In this document: positions 11,609 to 23,070 of the stretch, in pieces
Layout of the letters: each line of letters starts with the position of its first letter
Numbering within the stretch: the stretch's first letter is position 1
Assembly: GCF_001194135.2 (NCBI RefSeq)
Contig: NC_068984.1
Span: 84,770,793-84,805,148, forward strand
DNA from: Octopus bimaculoides
Taxonomy: Eukaryota
Reading direction: 5' to 3'
DNA: 34,356 nucleotides
Translations under genes and position numbers: made by a program
Notes under the pieces: model-generated
Database searches by the model: none
Told to the model about the DNA's origin: nothing
Seen by the model: the letters and a program-made list of their open reading frames with translations, nothing else

Positions 11609-13065
11609 CATGTGTTTTGAGAAGGTCGTAACGCTAATAATAATAACTACACTCACACTGGTTCAATGCCACTTCTTTATTGTTAATCTATTGGTCAAAC
11701 GTGGAGGCGCAATGGCTCAGTGGTTAGGGTAGCGGACTCGCGGTCATAGGATCACGGTTTCGATTCCCAGACCGGGCGTTGTGAGTGTTTATTGAGCGAA
11801 AACACCTAAAGCTCCACGAGGCTCCGGCAGGGGATGGTGGCGAACCCTGCTGTACTCTTCCACCACAACTTTCTCTTACTCTTACTTCCTGTTTCTGTTG
11901 TGCCTGTAATTCAAAGGGTCAGCCTTGTCACACTGTGTCACGCTGAATATCCCCGAGAACTACATTAAGGGTACACGTGTCTGTGGAGTGCTCAGCCACT
12001 TTCACGTTAATTTCNNNNNNNNNNNNNNNNNNNNNNNNNNNNNNNNNNNNNNNNNNNNNNNNNNNNNNNNNNNNNNNNNNNNNNNNNNNNNNNNNNNNNN
12101 NNNNNNNNNNNNNNNNNNNNNNNNNNNNNNNNNNNNNNNNNNNNNNNNNNNNNNNNNNNNNNNNNNNNNNNNNNNNNNNNNNNNNNNNNNNNNNNNNNNN
12201 NNNNNNNNNNNNNNNNNNNNNNNNNNNNNNNNNNNNNNNNNNNNNNNNNNNNNNNNNNNNNNNNNNNNNNNNNNNNNNNNNNNNNNNNNNNNNNNNNNNN
12301 NNNNNNNNNNNNNNNNNNNNNNNNNNNNNNNNNNNNNNNNNNNNNNNNNNNNNNNNNNNNNNNNNNNNNNNNNNNNNNNNNNNNNNNNNNNNNNNNNNNN
12401 NNNNNNNNNNNNNNNNNNNNNNNNNNNNNNNNNNNNNNNNNNNNNNNNNNNNNNNNNNNNNNNNNNNNNNNNNNNNNNNNNNNNNNNNNNNNNNNNNNNN
12501 NNNNNNNNNNNNNNNNNNNNNNNNNNNNNNNNNNNNNNNNNNNNNNNNNNNNNNNNNNNNNNNNNNNNNNNNNNNNNNNNNNNNNNNNNNNNNNNNNNNN
12601 NNNNNNNNNNNNNNNNNGTGACAAGGCTGATCCTTTGAATTACAGGCACAACAGAAACAGGAAGTAAGAGTGAGAGAAAGTTGTGGTGAAAGAGTACAGT
12701 AGGGTTCGCCACCATCCCCTGCCGGGGCCTCGTGGAGCTTTAGGTGTTTTCGCTCAATAAACACTCACAACGCCCGGTCTGGGAATCGAAACCGCGATCC
12801 TATGACTGCGAGTCCGCTGCCCTAACCACTGGGCCATTGCGCCTCCATGCATATACTATACCTGAAACAGAAATATGTAGAATAATGATGGCTAAAAGGG
12901 TTTTCATCATACGTAGGGCTGATTGACTAGGAGTGAGCAAACGTTAACAAAGAGTAAAGGGAAAAAAATACAGTAGAGTGAAAAACGTTCATGATTTGAA
13001 AGTATGATGAAAATCAAGAGAAAGGAAGATTAGAAGATTCCATCTTACTTACGAGAAAGTCTCAT
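5732..13065 (-). CDS. Spliced 4-exon gene, join(13065-13053,10137-9965,9145-9064,5889-5732); 141-aa secreted protein, putative anti-lipopolysaccharide-factor (ALF)-like host-defence protein
   Basis: Exon lengths 13+173+82+158=426 nt = 141 codons + TAA, with no internal stop. Donors gtaagt/gtatgt/gtaagt; acceptors tttacag/ttctcaag/actttcag; phases match (1,0,1). The split codon completes a 23-aa signal peptide. Upstream TATA/Inr and downstream AATAAA are present. The gene model is well supported; the ALF-like product call is a by-eye motif comparison (about 0.55). Confidence 0.88.
6033..6108 (-). ncRNA. Degenerate tRNA-like sequence (anticodon arm CGTGA-CGCGTAA-TCACG, Thr(CGT)-like); pseudo-tRNA or SINE head
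   Basis: GGGTAGT...AGCTTAATCGGTCAAAGC...GTGAGTTCGAGTCCAC-TGCTAGCCA. The cloverleaf is recognisable, but there is an acceptor-stem mismatch, G at position 33 and a shortened T-stem, so it is probably not a functional tRNA. Confidence 0.6.
6174..6334. repeat. Long near-perfect inverted repeat (foldback)
   Basis: 6194-6235 pairs with 6259-6300 (41/42); 6174-6193 pairs with 6315-6334 (20/20); 23-nt loop and 14-nt bulge. Confidence 0.95.
6525..6735 (+). mobile_element. SINE with Meta-like central domain
   Basis: gaggtcgactttacctttcatcctttcggggttgataaaataagta core; same family as the copies at 19.9-31.2 kb. Confidence 0.8.
7300..7365. repeat. (GA)n microsatellite
   Basis: Direct reading. Confidence 0.95.
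9064..9145 (-). CDS. Exon 3: [27 protein letters not shown]
   Basis: cttctcaag|TTTGAA...AGTCTAT|gtaagt; phase 0 in, phase 1 out, matching both neighbours. Confidence 0.87.
9965..10137 (-). CDS. Exon 2: signal peptide core, cleavage site (CEG|FD) and amphipathic N-terminal helices
   Basis: tttacag|TTGTATTTTTACTTGTG...GGGAAG|gtatgt; open frame [57 protein letters not shown] (inside track ORF 9911..10321). Confidence 0.9.
11702..12014 (+). mobile_element. Young tRNA-derived SINE (copy A of inverted pair)
   Basis: A-box tggctcagtggttagg, B-box ggtttcgattccc; ends in a gap; tail shared with the 20748-21046 element. Confidence 0.85.
12618..12847 (-). mobile_element. Young tRNA-derived SINE (copy B of inverted pair)
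   Basis: Reverse complement aligns ungapped with 11702-11931, with 9 transition differences in about 230 nt. Confidence 0.85.
13053..13065 (-). CDS. Exon 1 coding part (ATG AGA CTT TCT C; MRLS + split Leu)
   Basis: aacaATGAGACTTTCTC|gtaagt: A at -3, consensus phase-1 donor; C + TT of exon 2 gives CTT (Leu), continuing the hydrophobic signal core. Confidence 0.85.
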
Positions 13066-13087
13066 TGTTGTTGTTTAACAGTAAATG

Positions 13088-13124
13088 AACTGTTGAAGTG
13101 TCTTATGTATCTCCTATTTATATA
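13088..13124 (-). promoter_or_regulatory. Core promoter: TATATAAATAG box and Inr-like ACAGTT (predicted TSS about 13091)
   Basis: Minus strand reads TATATAAATAG (13124-13114). The A of CAGTT at 13091 lies 31 nt after TATAAA at 13122, giving a 5'UTR of about 26 nt before ATG 13065. Confidence 0.7.
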
Positions 13125-13134
13125 TGCAGGAATA

Positions 13135-13327
13135 TATACTTATAGATATACATAAACGTGTGCGTGTGCGTTTGGGTATGTATGTATGTATGTATGTATG
13201 TATGTATGTATGTATGTATGCATGTACGTGTCTAAATATCTATGTGTATATATATACGCACTAACACGCACACAATGGTAAGTATATATGTATTTATGTA
13301 TGTATGTGTTGTGTGTGTAGATAATCA

Positions 13328-13366
<39 letters not shown>

Positions 13367-13376
13367 TTACATATAT

Positions 13377-13416
<40 letters not shown>

Positions 13417-13545
13417 ACACACATACATATATACACTTATATATATACGTATATATATACACATATATATATATGTACATACATACTTACACACACACAC
13501 ACACACACACACAGAGTCACATACAGACACATACACACACTCAGG
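13135..13545. repeat. Compound (TATG)n/(TA)n/(CA)n microsatellite directly upstream of the promoter
   Basis: Direct reading. Confidence 0.95.
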
Positions 13546-14037
13546 CACAGTTATTTATACGTATTGTTTATATTTTATCAATATCCTTCTATTGTGTGAT
13601 GTAGTAATTGCTTTCCGCAGTTTTATCAAACATACTTTCTTTCCCATGAATCCTGATAAACGAAAACCAACTTTATCAATCAGAACTAACAAAATATTGA
13701 TAGTTATATAAATATCAAAAAGCTGGGTTGGGTTACATTTGGTGCACCTGAACGAGGCTTTAGTATGTAAGAGTCGTGAAATTTTTTCTGCTGTGTGTAT
13801 TCGGAGGCTTTCTTCATTTGTGTCATTTTGGCTTCTTGCTATTTCGTCACTTTTCGTTAAGGTTTTTGAGATGTTTTCCAGCTAAAGAGCTAACACACAT
13901 ACACACGCACACACACACACACACACACNNNNNNNNNNNNNNNNNNNNNNNNNNNNNNNNNNNNNNNNNNNNNNNNNNNNNNNNNNNNNNNNNNNNNNNN
14001 NNNNNNNNNNNNNNNNNNNNNNNNNNNNNNNNNNNNN

Positions 14038-14103
<66 letters not shown>

Positions 14104-14618
14104 TTATATATATTTTTATACCAAAAATTAGGCAAAAATATTCTATTCTATTTGACCAGGATCTTCTATTAAAAATGTATTTTTTTAATATCTAACTGCT
14201 TTTTTCTCCGGTCTGAGTTTTGTATTTATGTTTATAACTCCAACGATCCTTTTCGAAATGTACAGCGTTCCGGATTGGTTAATTACCGAACTTCATAGTC
14301 TAGCATCATTAATTTGAATCATTTGCTTGATATGTTCATGATTTCAACACCATTATGATGTACGGTTGTATAACATCTCATGTCTTTTCAACTTGTTTTT
14401 TTTTGCATGTTTTCATAGGTCAACTATGAATGTTGTATATGAATGTTATCTATTTTTATTGTCTGCCTGCTACTAATAATAAGGCCCTGAGGAGATGCAG
14501 TATCCCATATTTTATAATATGCATGAATCAATCTGGATATTGCATCGAAATGATCATAAGTCATTTTCATTATTATAATAAAGTATTTTCAATGGATCAG
14601 TTTTGAGCTCTCATTTAA

Positions 14619-14662
<44 letters not shown>

Positions 14663-15531
14663 GCATACATGCGTATATATTAATGTGTGTGTATGTGTGT
14701 GTGTGTGTGTGTGTGTGTCTGTATGTGTGTGTGTATTAGCTATTAACGATGGAAGCAACATCTATAGCGAATATTAATTGACATGACCAGCTTGACTCGT
14801 ATACGTTCTTTTAAACGCTGTAGACTGCGGTTATCGTTCAGAGATATCATCTAGTATAAATGTTAAGTGCTGCAAAAAGCACAGATAATATTAGCAGACC
14901 AAAATTTCGCCAACGCCAGCAGATGGGACTGTTATATAACATGATCTCATCGTAAATTGCGAATAATCAGCAACAGTATCCAAGCATCGAAGAATGGAAC
15001 TTTGTGATATTACTTTTAATGGAATATTTACAATCATTTCACCAATTCACATTTATTTATATTTCAGCCAATCTTTCTTCATGTTCATTAAAATATAAGC
15101 AGTTATTGAGTTAGTTCTATGCACCACGTAAGTGATCATTCCCAGCGCCTATGGGAACTGATTACTCAGAACATCGTCAAGAATATAATACACTGACCAG
15201 TTTGGCGAGCTTGACAGTAAGAACACTTGTCATTATTTAGAACTAGGCGGTTCCAAATAGTCTTATTCACTCAAAGGGAGAACTTAAAGAGGAGGAAAAA
15301 GAAGTAAGAACAATTTGACAAAATATTTATTTCCATTCAAACTTGATCACTCGATTTATCAATACAAGAATATTTCCCGCTTAATGGGATAATTATCTTT
15401 GCGAATTCTTCCTGCTTCTTCTTCAACTCTTCTTTTCACTTCTTTTACATGACTGAACAAGATTATTGAAACCATTCACTTTTAAAAATTGACGAGTGTA
15501 CTTATTGATGAAATGGCTAAATTGGCAGGCA

Positions 15532-15580
<49 letters not shown>

Positions 15581-16135
15581 GAGTGAGAGATCAGTGCATG
15601 CTATCAAAGTGACACTGAGGTACAACTATAAGAAGCCCATTATACCCATCATGACTACCCGTCTGATAAGGGTATACCAGATACATGCATCACAACCATA
15701 TGTGCGCAACATAGTGATATCATATCAAGATAAACAGTTCGTGGCCTTGCAGGTGGGGCCCAGTTAGAATTTTCTTCAAGTCGAGTAGCCCACCCCGCTC
15801 AAAAAGATCTCTGAAAAGGGTTGTTTAAGGATAATGAACACAACACCCATGTTTCCAAAGGTGAATTATCCAAACCCCAAAGGATTCCTCTCAAAACATG
15901 GCTATGATACTCCCCCACTACTTCTGTTCGTGATCAGAGACGCACATATCGTCAGCCACTAAGGGACATGGTCGTCTGGTTAAGGTCAACCAACTGACAG
16001 CCAAATCTGTGGTATTAAGCAGAATATTTGCTGTAGTCCCACTTCTATAACAAGACAAAACAATGTAGATGATAACACTTCCAATCGGTTTAAGATCAGA
16101 AGCCATGACAGCCACTGCTTGCTACTGCATCAGGA
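15532..16135 (-). mobile_element. Non-coding retroposon-like dispersed repeat ending in a (TAA)n tail
   Basis: Minus strand ends ...gcactgatctctcactc(aat)n; no coding capacity; flanked by simple repeats. Confidence 0.5.
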
Positions 16136-16165
16136 TAGATTATCATCATCATCATCATCATCATT

Positions 16166-16199
<34 letters not shown>

Positions 16200-16203
<4 letters not shown>

Positions 16204-17815
16204 TGTTTTTGTTGTTGTTGTTGTTACCTTTGCAGTATCAACTGTTCACTACCAGTGAACTAAGGTAACGACTCTTATTTTTCGAGCACCTTCCGGAGTA
16301 TTCGAGCACGGTTCCAAGCAGTGCTGTTTTCTGCAAGTGCTCCACCCTTATTGCAGCCCCTATTTGTTCCAGGTACTTCTCAAGATTTTTGCTCACTGTT
16401 CCCAGGGCTCCGATAATTATTGGTACTACTGCTATCTTTTTCGTTGACCACAACTGCTTAACTTCCCAAGTTAACCTGTTATATCCTTCGACTTATCTTT
16501 CTTCCTTATCGCATACCTTGTTGTCAGCTAGAGATGTTATATCTATGATCCAGCACAGTTTGCTTTCTTTCTCAACACTATATCCGGTTTCCTATTCTCA
16601 ATCTCGTGGTCGCACAGCATCATAAAATCCCATAGGATATTTGCATTTCTATTGTCGACAATGCCCTCAGGTTTGTGGTCGTAACAATATTTTGCTCTGT
16701 CAAGTCCATACTTGTTGCAAAGTGTCCAATGGACAAGCCTGGCCATATTGTCGTGGCGTCTCTTATATTCCTTCTGGGCTAGTGGCGTACATTGGCTGGT
16801 AATATGCCATACGGTTTCACCGCTTTGTCCACAGATTCTGCACTTATCACTTTCTGATGTGTTGTTTATTCTGTATTTTATGTAGTTTATTCTTAGTGCA
16901 TGCTCTTGGGAAGCACAGATTAGGGCCTCCGTTTCCGGTTTTAAATCACTTTTACTCATCCACAGCCATCTTTTTTCTCTGTCTGTCTTATCTTCAACAT
17001 CCCTATGAAATTGACCATGCATTCTTTTCTTTACCCACCTATTTCAGTTTCACTCGTTTTCAATTTCTTGTATACTGCTTTATCTTTGCAATGTTTCATC
17101 CTGCACCAGCCTGACCTTCCTACTTTTAATAATAGCGGCATTTTTTACATACCATGCTTTGTTGTTTTCTTCTGCTCTGATGCTGTGTTCGCATCCAATA
17201 AGTCCTCTTCCCCCTCTTTTTCTTGGTACATACAGTCTGTCTGTGTCACTTTTTGGGTGGCGTATCCCATATCTAGTCAGTGACTTCCTTGTCTTTCTGT
17301 CTAAGCGATTTAATTCGTCTATTGTCCATGTGATTACCCCTGATCCATAGCTAAGTAGTTAACCGCCCTAGTGTTGATAGCTTCAATCGTATTTCGTCCA
17401 TTAAATTTCGACTTAAGTATCAGACTGTGCAAGTGCTCCACCTTAAATTTTTCCGTCATTTCTTTCTCCATCAATTTATCCATTTCCAATATCCCCACTT
17501 TCTTACAGCCAGTCTCTTCTATCTGCTTCATAACCTCTCCTGACGGTATCTCTAGCCCGTCCATACATTTGATTTTGCCTCTCTTCAAGACTGACACACC
17601 ACACTTTCTCAGTCCGAACTCCATTCTGATATCAGCACTGAAAGTATACACCGTATCAACAGGGTAACTGACTTGGCCTTCATCTTTACCATAAAGTTCG
17701 AGGTCATCCATGAATAACAAGTGGTTGACTTTTTGTTGGCGGCTTTTGAATACATACCCAACCTTTGCTTTCCTCAGAATCAGTGTTAGTGGTTGCATGC
17801 ACAGTACAAAGATCA
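16200..17815 (-). mobile_element. 5'-truncated R4/Dong-clade non-LTR retrotransposon (RT C-terminal half, CCHC knuckle, RLE endonuclease), frameshifted
   Basis: VNHLLFMDDLELYGK (RT motif), MHGQF..., CRICGQSGETVWHITSQC (zinc knuckle), RRHDN, LWDF...RKPDIV (PD-D/ExK), VVPIIIGALG; (AAC)n tail. Confidence 0.92.
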
Positions 17816-18834
17816 TTTGACATGTTCAAAAAAACTATTAGTAACACATGTATTGTGTCTATTAAATAATATTTATCTCTCACCAGATGGATACTTTTTT
17901 TTGTTGATCTTACGATCACGGAAGAGTACATTATATATATATATATATATATAAGAATAAGAGGAATGACCAGCAAATGTGGATTCCTGAATGCTAGAAA
18001 TAGATGCTGAATCATCCAACCACGAAAAAGAATGTTCTCAGTAGAAAAAAATCAGCGACACAACAGACTGTAAATGAGTAAGACAAATGAAAAAATACTA
18101 AAATACGATTAATTTACGTACCATGGTTTCACCTGTTAACATTTACATAAGTAAATATCTGCGGGATCATCCTTTAATCTTCGGATTTCTACCCTCATTA
18201 ATAAATTTATATATATATATNNNNNNNNNNNNNNNNNNNNNNNNNNNNNNNNNNNTATATATACATAAAACGAACACAATATTCTAGCTTGGTAAATTTT
18301 GTGATCATTAAATGATATTTGTTGACGCTGATCATCACTACTTTTCCTGCAATGATTGTGCTGGCGTATGAAAGTTTAGAATCTTTCAACAAATTTTCCT
18401 TACAGTTACTAGACCTCCTCTCCTCCTTCAGAATAAAACGAAAACAGACCATACAGGATCGGCATTGAAAACTGTAATTGATCATCAGCTAAAAGTTTAA
18501 TTTTGAAACACTCAAGATAGCAGTTATCTGTTTCAATTTAAAATCAGAAATGTTAGGAAAATGCACACACCAACGAAAACATTTCCTGGGATATTTGTCG
18601 GAGCCACACTGAAAGTATAACACACTGACAAATCTGCTTGGTAGATGGATACAAGAATGTCGATTCAGCACCTTAACAGCTTACATATGACGATACTTTA
18701 GCACTTGTTTTTCACCTTCCAGTCCTCATACAATACAATCATACAGACATACTACATATTCTACCTGTATTCTCTACTACTTCTATTCAACCATACGTAT
18801 TCCTTTAAATCTATCAGTCCTCGTCATTTCATTC

Positions 18835-19019
<185 letters not shown>

Positions 19020-19905
19020 ACTGTCTGTGTGTTTGTAGGTGTTGTGGGTGTGGGCGTGAGTACGTGAAGTATCCTCGCTGTGTCACGCATAAGTGTCGTA
19101 CTTTAGTGCAGGTTACATTTGGAACTTGTATGAAGTGACCTACTGTTCAGCGCAAGTGCTGTTTTTTTTTATATAGAAGAATCAGAACCATAGTTTTTAA
19201 GACGGAGTTATGGTTATACTATATAGATACGCTACTGCCATTGTAGGCCAAAAGTGATGCAGTATTTCTCAGTTCAATGGCTTCTGTGTCAAATAGAACA
19301 TTCTGGAAGACAATCGATCTACTTTCAGTTTGGTACAATTAAAATATGTGAAGCTAATCTCACCAACATCACATATATCAAGTCAATGACTATAGATGAT
19401 TACTCGATGTGCTATAAGTAGCAGCAAATGTTCTTTGAATAAAGGAAACCACGCTACAGATACTATAGTTCTACCTACCGCTAACCAGACAAGATGGTTA
19501 TGGCTGGAATGCCTTTAATCAAGAGTTCACTCAACGAAGAATGATCTGGAACTACAAAACAACTACGATGGCAGCAACAACAACAACAACAACAACAACA
19601 CTGACAACATCATCATCATCGTTATCATCATCATCCTCAACAACAACAACACTGTCTTGCACACGTTACGTTTATAACACATATGCACAATATTTATCGC
19701 TTAGATTTATATGTCCTAGCACATTTATATGTCCTAGCACATTAACTAGCATATATGTATTCACACACGCACCAAATGTACCCGCTTTCACACGCACGAA
19801 CTATAAGAGTGCGTGAGAAAAGTATGGTGCCTTAGCTCCTTTATGATGTGGTACTTAACCATGAAAAATAGCCATTGAGCCATTAATATTAGTTATGAAA
19901 TTAGG

Positions 19906-20092
19906 GAGGCGAGCTCGCAGAATCGTTAGCACGTCGGGCAAAATGCTTAGCGGTACTTCGTCCGTCTTCATGTTCTGAGTTCAAATACTGCCGGGGTCAT
20001 AAGTACCAGTTGAGAACTGGAGTCAATGTAATCGACTTAACCCCTCCCCGAAATTGCTGGCCTTGTGCCAAAATTTAAAACTAAAACCAATA
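19906..20092 (+). mobile_element. Meta-like SINE with an internal deletion of the core
   Basis: Head ggaggcgagctcgcagaatcgttagcac; ccggggtc joins directly to ataagtacc. Confidence 0.8.
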
Positions 20093-20102
20093 NNNNNNNN
20101 NN

Positions 20103-20244
20103 CGGTACTTCGTCCGTCTTCATGTTCTGAGTTCAAATACTGCCGGGGTCATAAGTACCAGTTGAGAACTGGAGTCAATGTAATCGACTTAACCCCTCCC
20201 CGAAATTGCTGGCCTTGTGCCAAAATTTAAAACTAAAACCAATA
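20103..20244 (+). other. Exact 142-nt duplicate of 19951-20092 across a 10-N gap (probable assembly overlap)
   Basis: Identical sequence on both sides of the gap. Confidence 0.8.
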
Positions 20245-20263
20245 TCAGAATTTAAGGCGTTTT

Positions 20264-20507
20264 AAGGCGGCAAGTTGGCAGAGTCGTTAGCACGCCGGGT
20301 ATAATGCTTAGCAGCATTTCGTCCGTCTTTAAGTTCTGAGTTCAAATTCCGCCGAAGTCGACTTTACCTTTTATCCTTTCGGAATCGATAAAATTTTATC
20401 CTTTCGGAATCGATAAAATAAGCACCAGCTGATCACTGTGGTCAATGTAATCCACTTACCCTCACCCGGGAAGTTGTTGGCCTTGTACCAAAATTTGGAA
20501 CCGATAT
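20264..20507 (+). mobile_element. Meta-like SINE with an internal tandem duplication (tttatcctttcggaatcgataaaa x2)
   Basis: Same family head, core and tail. Confidence 0.8.
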
Positions 20508-20747
20508 ACTACACCGTGTTAAACTCTGAAAATTTACATAATAATTCCATGTACAACGTTGCATATAGCATGGAATAGGCTGCAACAGATAAGACAAATT
20601 CCAATGAATAGCAACCAACATCAATAATATTTCAAATATTTAGTTCCAATAGTTATTTCAATAAATATTACCTAAAAGTACAATTGCAATATAATTATAC
20701 AGGTTGTGTATATGTACATGTATGTATATATGTATAATACACACATA

Positions 20748-21046
20748 AAGGCGCGTGGATTGTTGGTTAGCATATTCAGTTCGATTCCGGCAGCGCGTTG
20801 TCTCCTTCAGCAAGGCATTTTATTTCACGTTGCTCCATTTCACTCAGCTGGCAAAAATAAGTTGTACCTGCAATGCAATAGACCAGGATTCTCATATTTT
20901 CTGTGTCACGTTGAATCTCCCTGAAAACTATGTTACGGGTATGTGTGACTATGGAGTGCTCAGCCATTTGCACGTGAATTTCACGAGTAGGCTGTTCCGT
21001 TGATCGAATCAACTGGAACACTCATCGTCTTAACCGACGAAGTGTT
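20748..21046 (+). mobile_element. SINE with a different central domain but the same 3' tail as 11702-12014
   Basis: tgtgtcacgttgaatctccctgaaaactatg...ggagtgctcagccatttgcacgtgaatttc matches the tail of copy A. Confidence 0.75.
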
Positions 21047-21669
21047 CGGCCATACATATGCATGAATATATGTATGCATGTACGTATGTATCTATGTATG
21101 TACATACGTACCTACGTACCTCTGTCTGTCTGTATACATATATCACACATACACTCACATTCGCACGCGTGCACGTACACACATGCTTCACGTATACGCG
21201 CACATGCCACATACGTCAGTACAGTTCCTGTTTAACTAATTTAAAGTACTAATTATATGGCCAATACTGGAATATAGTGGAAAAGACTTATTCAAAATGC
21301 CACATAATAAAATTGGACCCAGAACTACTTTGCAGCGAAACGAACCTCTTAATCGCATTGTCATACCTTCGTTTTAATAATTCTCAATCTATCTACTCTC
21401 TCACCAGTCAATAATATGTATATANNNNNNNNNNNNNNNNNNNNNNNNNNNNNNNNNNNNNNNNNNNNNNNNNNNNNNNNNNNNNNNNNNNNNNNNNNNN
21501 NNNNNNNNNNNNNNNNNNNNNNNNNNNNNNNNNNNNNNNNNNNNNNNNNNNNNNNNNNNNNNNNNNNNNNNNNNNNNNNNNNNNNNNNNNNNNNNNNNNN
21601 NNNNNNNNNNNNNNNNNNNNNNNNNNNNNNNNNNNNNNNNNNNNNNNNNNNNNNNNNNNNNNNNNNNNN

Positions 21670-22248
21670 ACTAAGATACTCTCATGGAATGTGACCAAAT
21701 GAGGTTTATTTTTCAACCTAGTCCCCCATGCGGTCCACACACTTCTTTCATCGTGATGCAGTGCTTGAATCCCATTGGTGAAGAAGCTTTGATCCCGTTG
21801 CTCAAAAAAGTCATCAGCAGCAGATATGACGTCATCATCACTGCGATACTGGTTTCCAGTCGAGTGTTTTTCCATGATGGAAGAACAGATGATAGTCAGA
21901 TGGGGCAAAATCAGGAGAATAGAGAGAGCGATCAACCAGTTGAAAGCCAGTCATGCACGACAGCCATTGAAATCAAGGACTTGTGTGCTGGAGCATTGTT
22001 CTGAGGAAACAAGACCCATTTTGTCAGTTTTCCTGGTTGTTTGGTCTTGAGAGCTAAATTTTGTCCATGTCCAAGAAAAGTCGCTACTAGTTACTTTTGA
22101 AGTTTTCTATGAACAGATATCAGTTTACCGGCAAAAAACAAACAACTATTCGATTATCAATATGAAGAGTTAAAATTAATGCATGCAAAATTTCACAGCT
22201 CTGGCATCACTAATAGTCAGCCGGTGAACTTTTCAGCCCACTCTCATA
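21670..22248 (-). mobile_element. Mariner-family DNA transposon, internally deleted
   Basis: YSPDFAPSDYHLF motif, QYRSDDDVISAADDFF...SFFTNGIQAL C-terminus; TIR-like TA|TGAGAGTGGGCTGAAAAGTTCACCGGCTGAC at 22216-22248. Confidence 0.88.
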
Positions 22249-22456
22249 TTGTAAAAGGAAACAACTCTTACTAAAATTTTATTTATATAATTATCTTTCT
22301 TGCGATTGCAGGATGGAAGACACATGTTAGCAATTCAGGAACACACAAACTGTTAACTTCACTCAACCATTTACTGTTTATAACATCGTGTTAAAATGTT
22401 CGTCGTTCGAATCTGTGGTCTGGTTACTGACAACGTCAAACTACAGTGACGATGTT

Positions 22457-22664
22457 GATTTCAAGTTTTGGCACAAGGCCAGCAATTTCGGGGGATGGGT
22501 AAGTCGTTTACATCGATCCCAGTGTTCAACTGGTATTTATTTTATCGAACCCCAAAGGATGAAAGGTAAAGTCAACCTCGATAGAATTTGAACTCAGAAC
22601 ATGAAGACGGACGAAATGCCGCTGTTTCCCCGACGTGCTAACGATTCTGCCACCTTGCCGCCTT
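22457..22664 (-). mobile_element. Meta-like SINE
   Basis: Reverse complement of the family core (ccaaaggatgaaaggtaaagtcaacctcg). Confidence 0.8.
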
Positions 22665-22851
22665 CAACAGCGACGAAAATATTAATGCCGCATAACAAAC
22701 AATAAATGTTTAAGAGAAGTCAACAGTTTTTGTGTGTTTTTGAATATCTAACACGTATCTTCTACACTGCAACCGTTTTAGTTTTAACACTCAGTCTCAG
22801 ATCAACACGCTTGCCAGGAAAGAACACCTCCGTAATATCTTTCTTGCTTTT

Positions 22852-23070
22852 AAGGTGACGAGTTGACATAATCGTTAGTATGCTTTACAAAGATGCATGT
22901 AACGTTTTGTCTGCCTTTACCTTCTGAGTTCAAATTCTGCAGACGATGACACTGCTTTTTATCCTTTCGGAGTCGATGAAATAAGTACCAGATGACCACT
23001 GGAGTCAATGTGATCGACTTAACTGCTCGCCCAAAATTTCTAGCCTTTTAGCAAAAATTTGAAACCAATA
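22852..23070 (+). mobile_element. Meta-like SINE
   Basis: tttatcctttcggagtcgatgaaataagtaccag core plus family tail. Confidence 0.75.

Noticed and set aside
19951-20244. Perfect 142-nt tandem duplication
   Set aside because: 100% identical and separated by a 10-N placeholder gap, typical of an unmerged contig overlap
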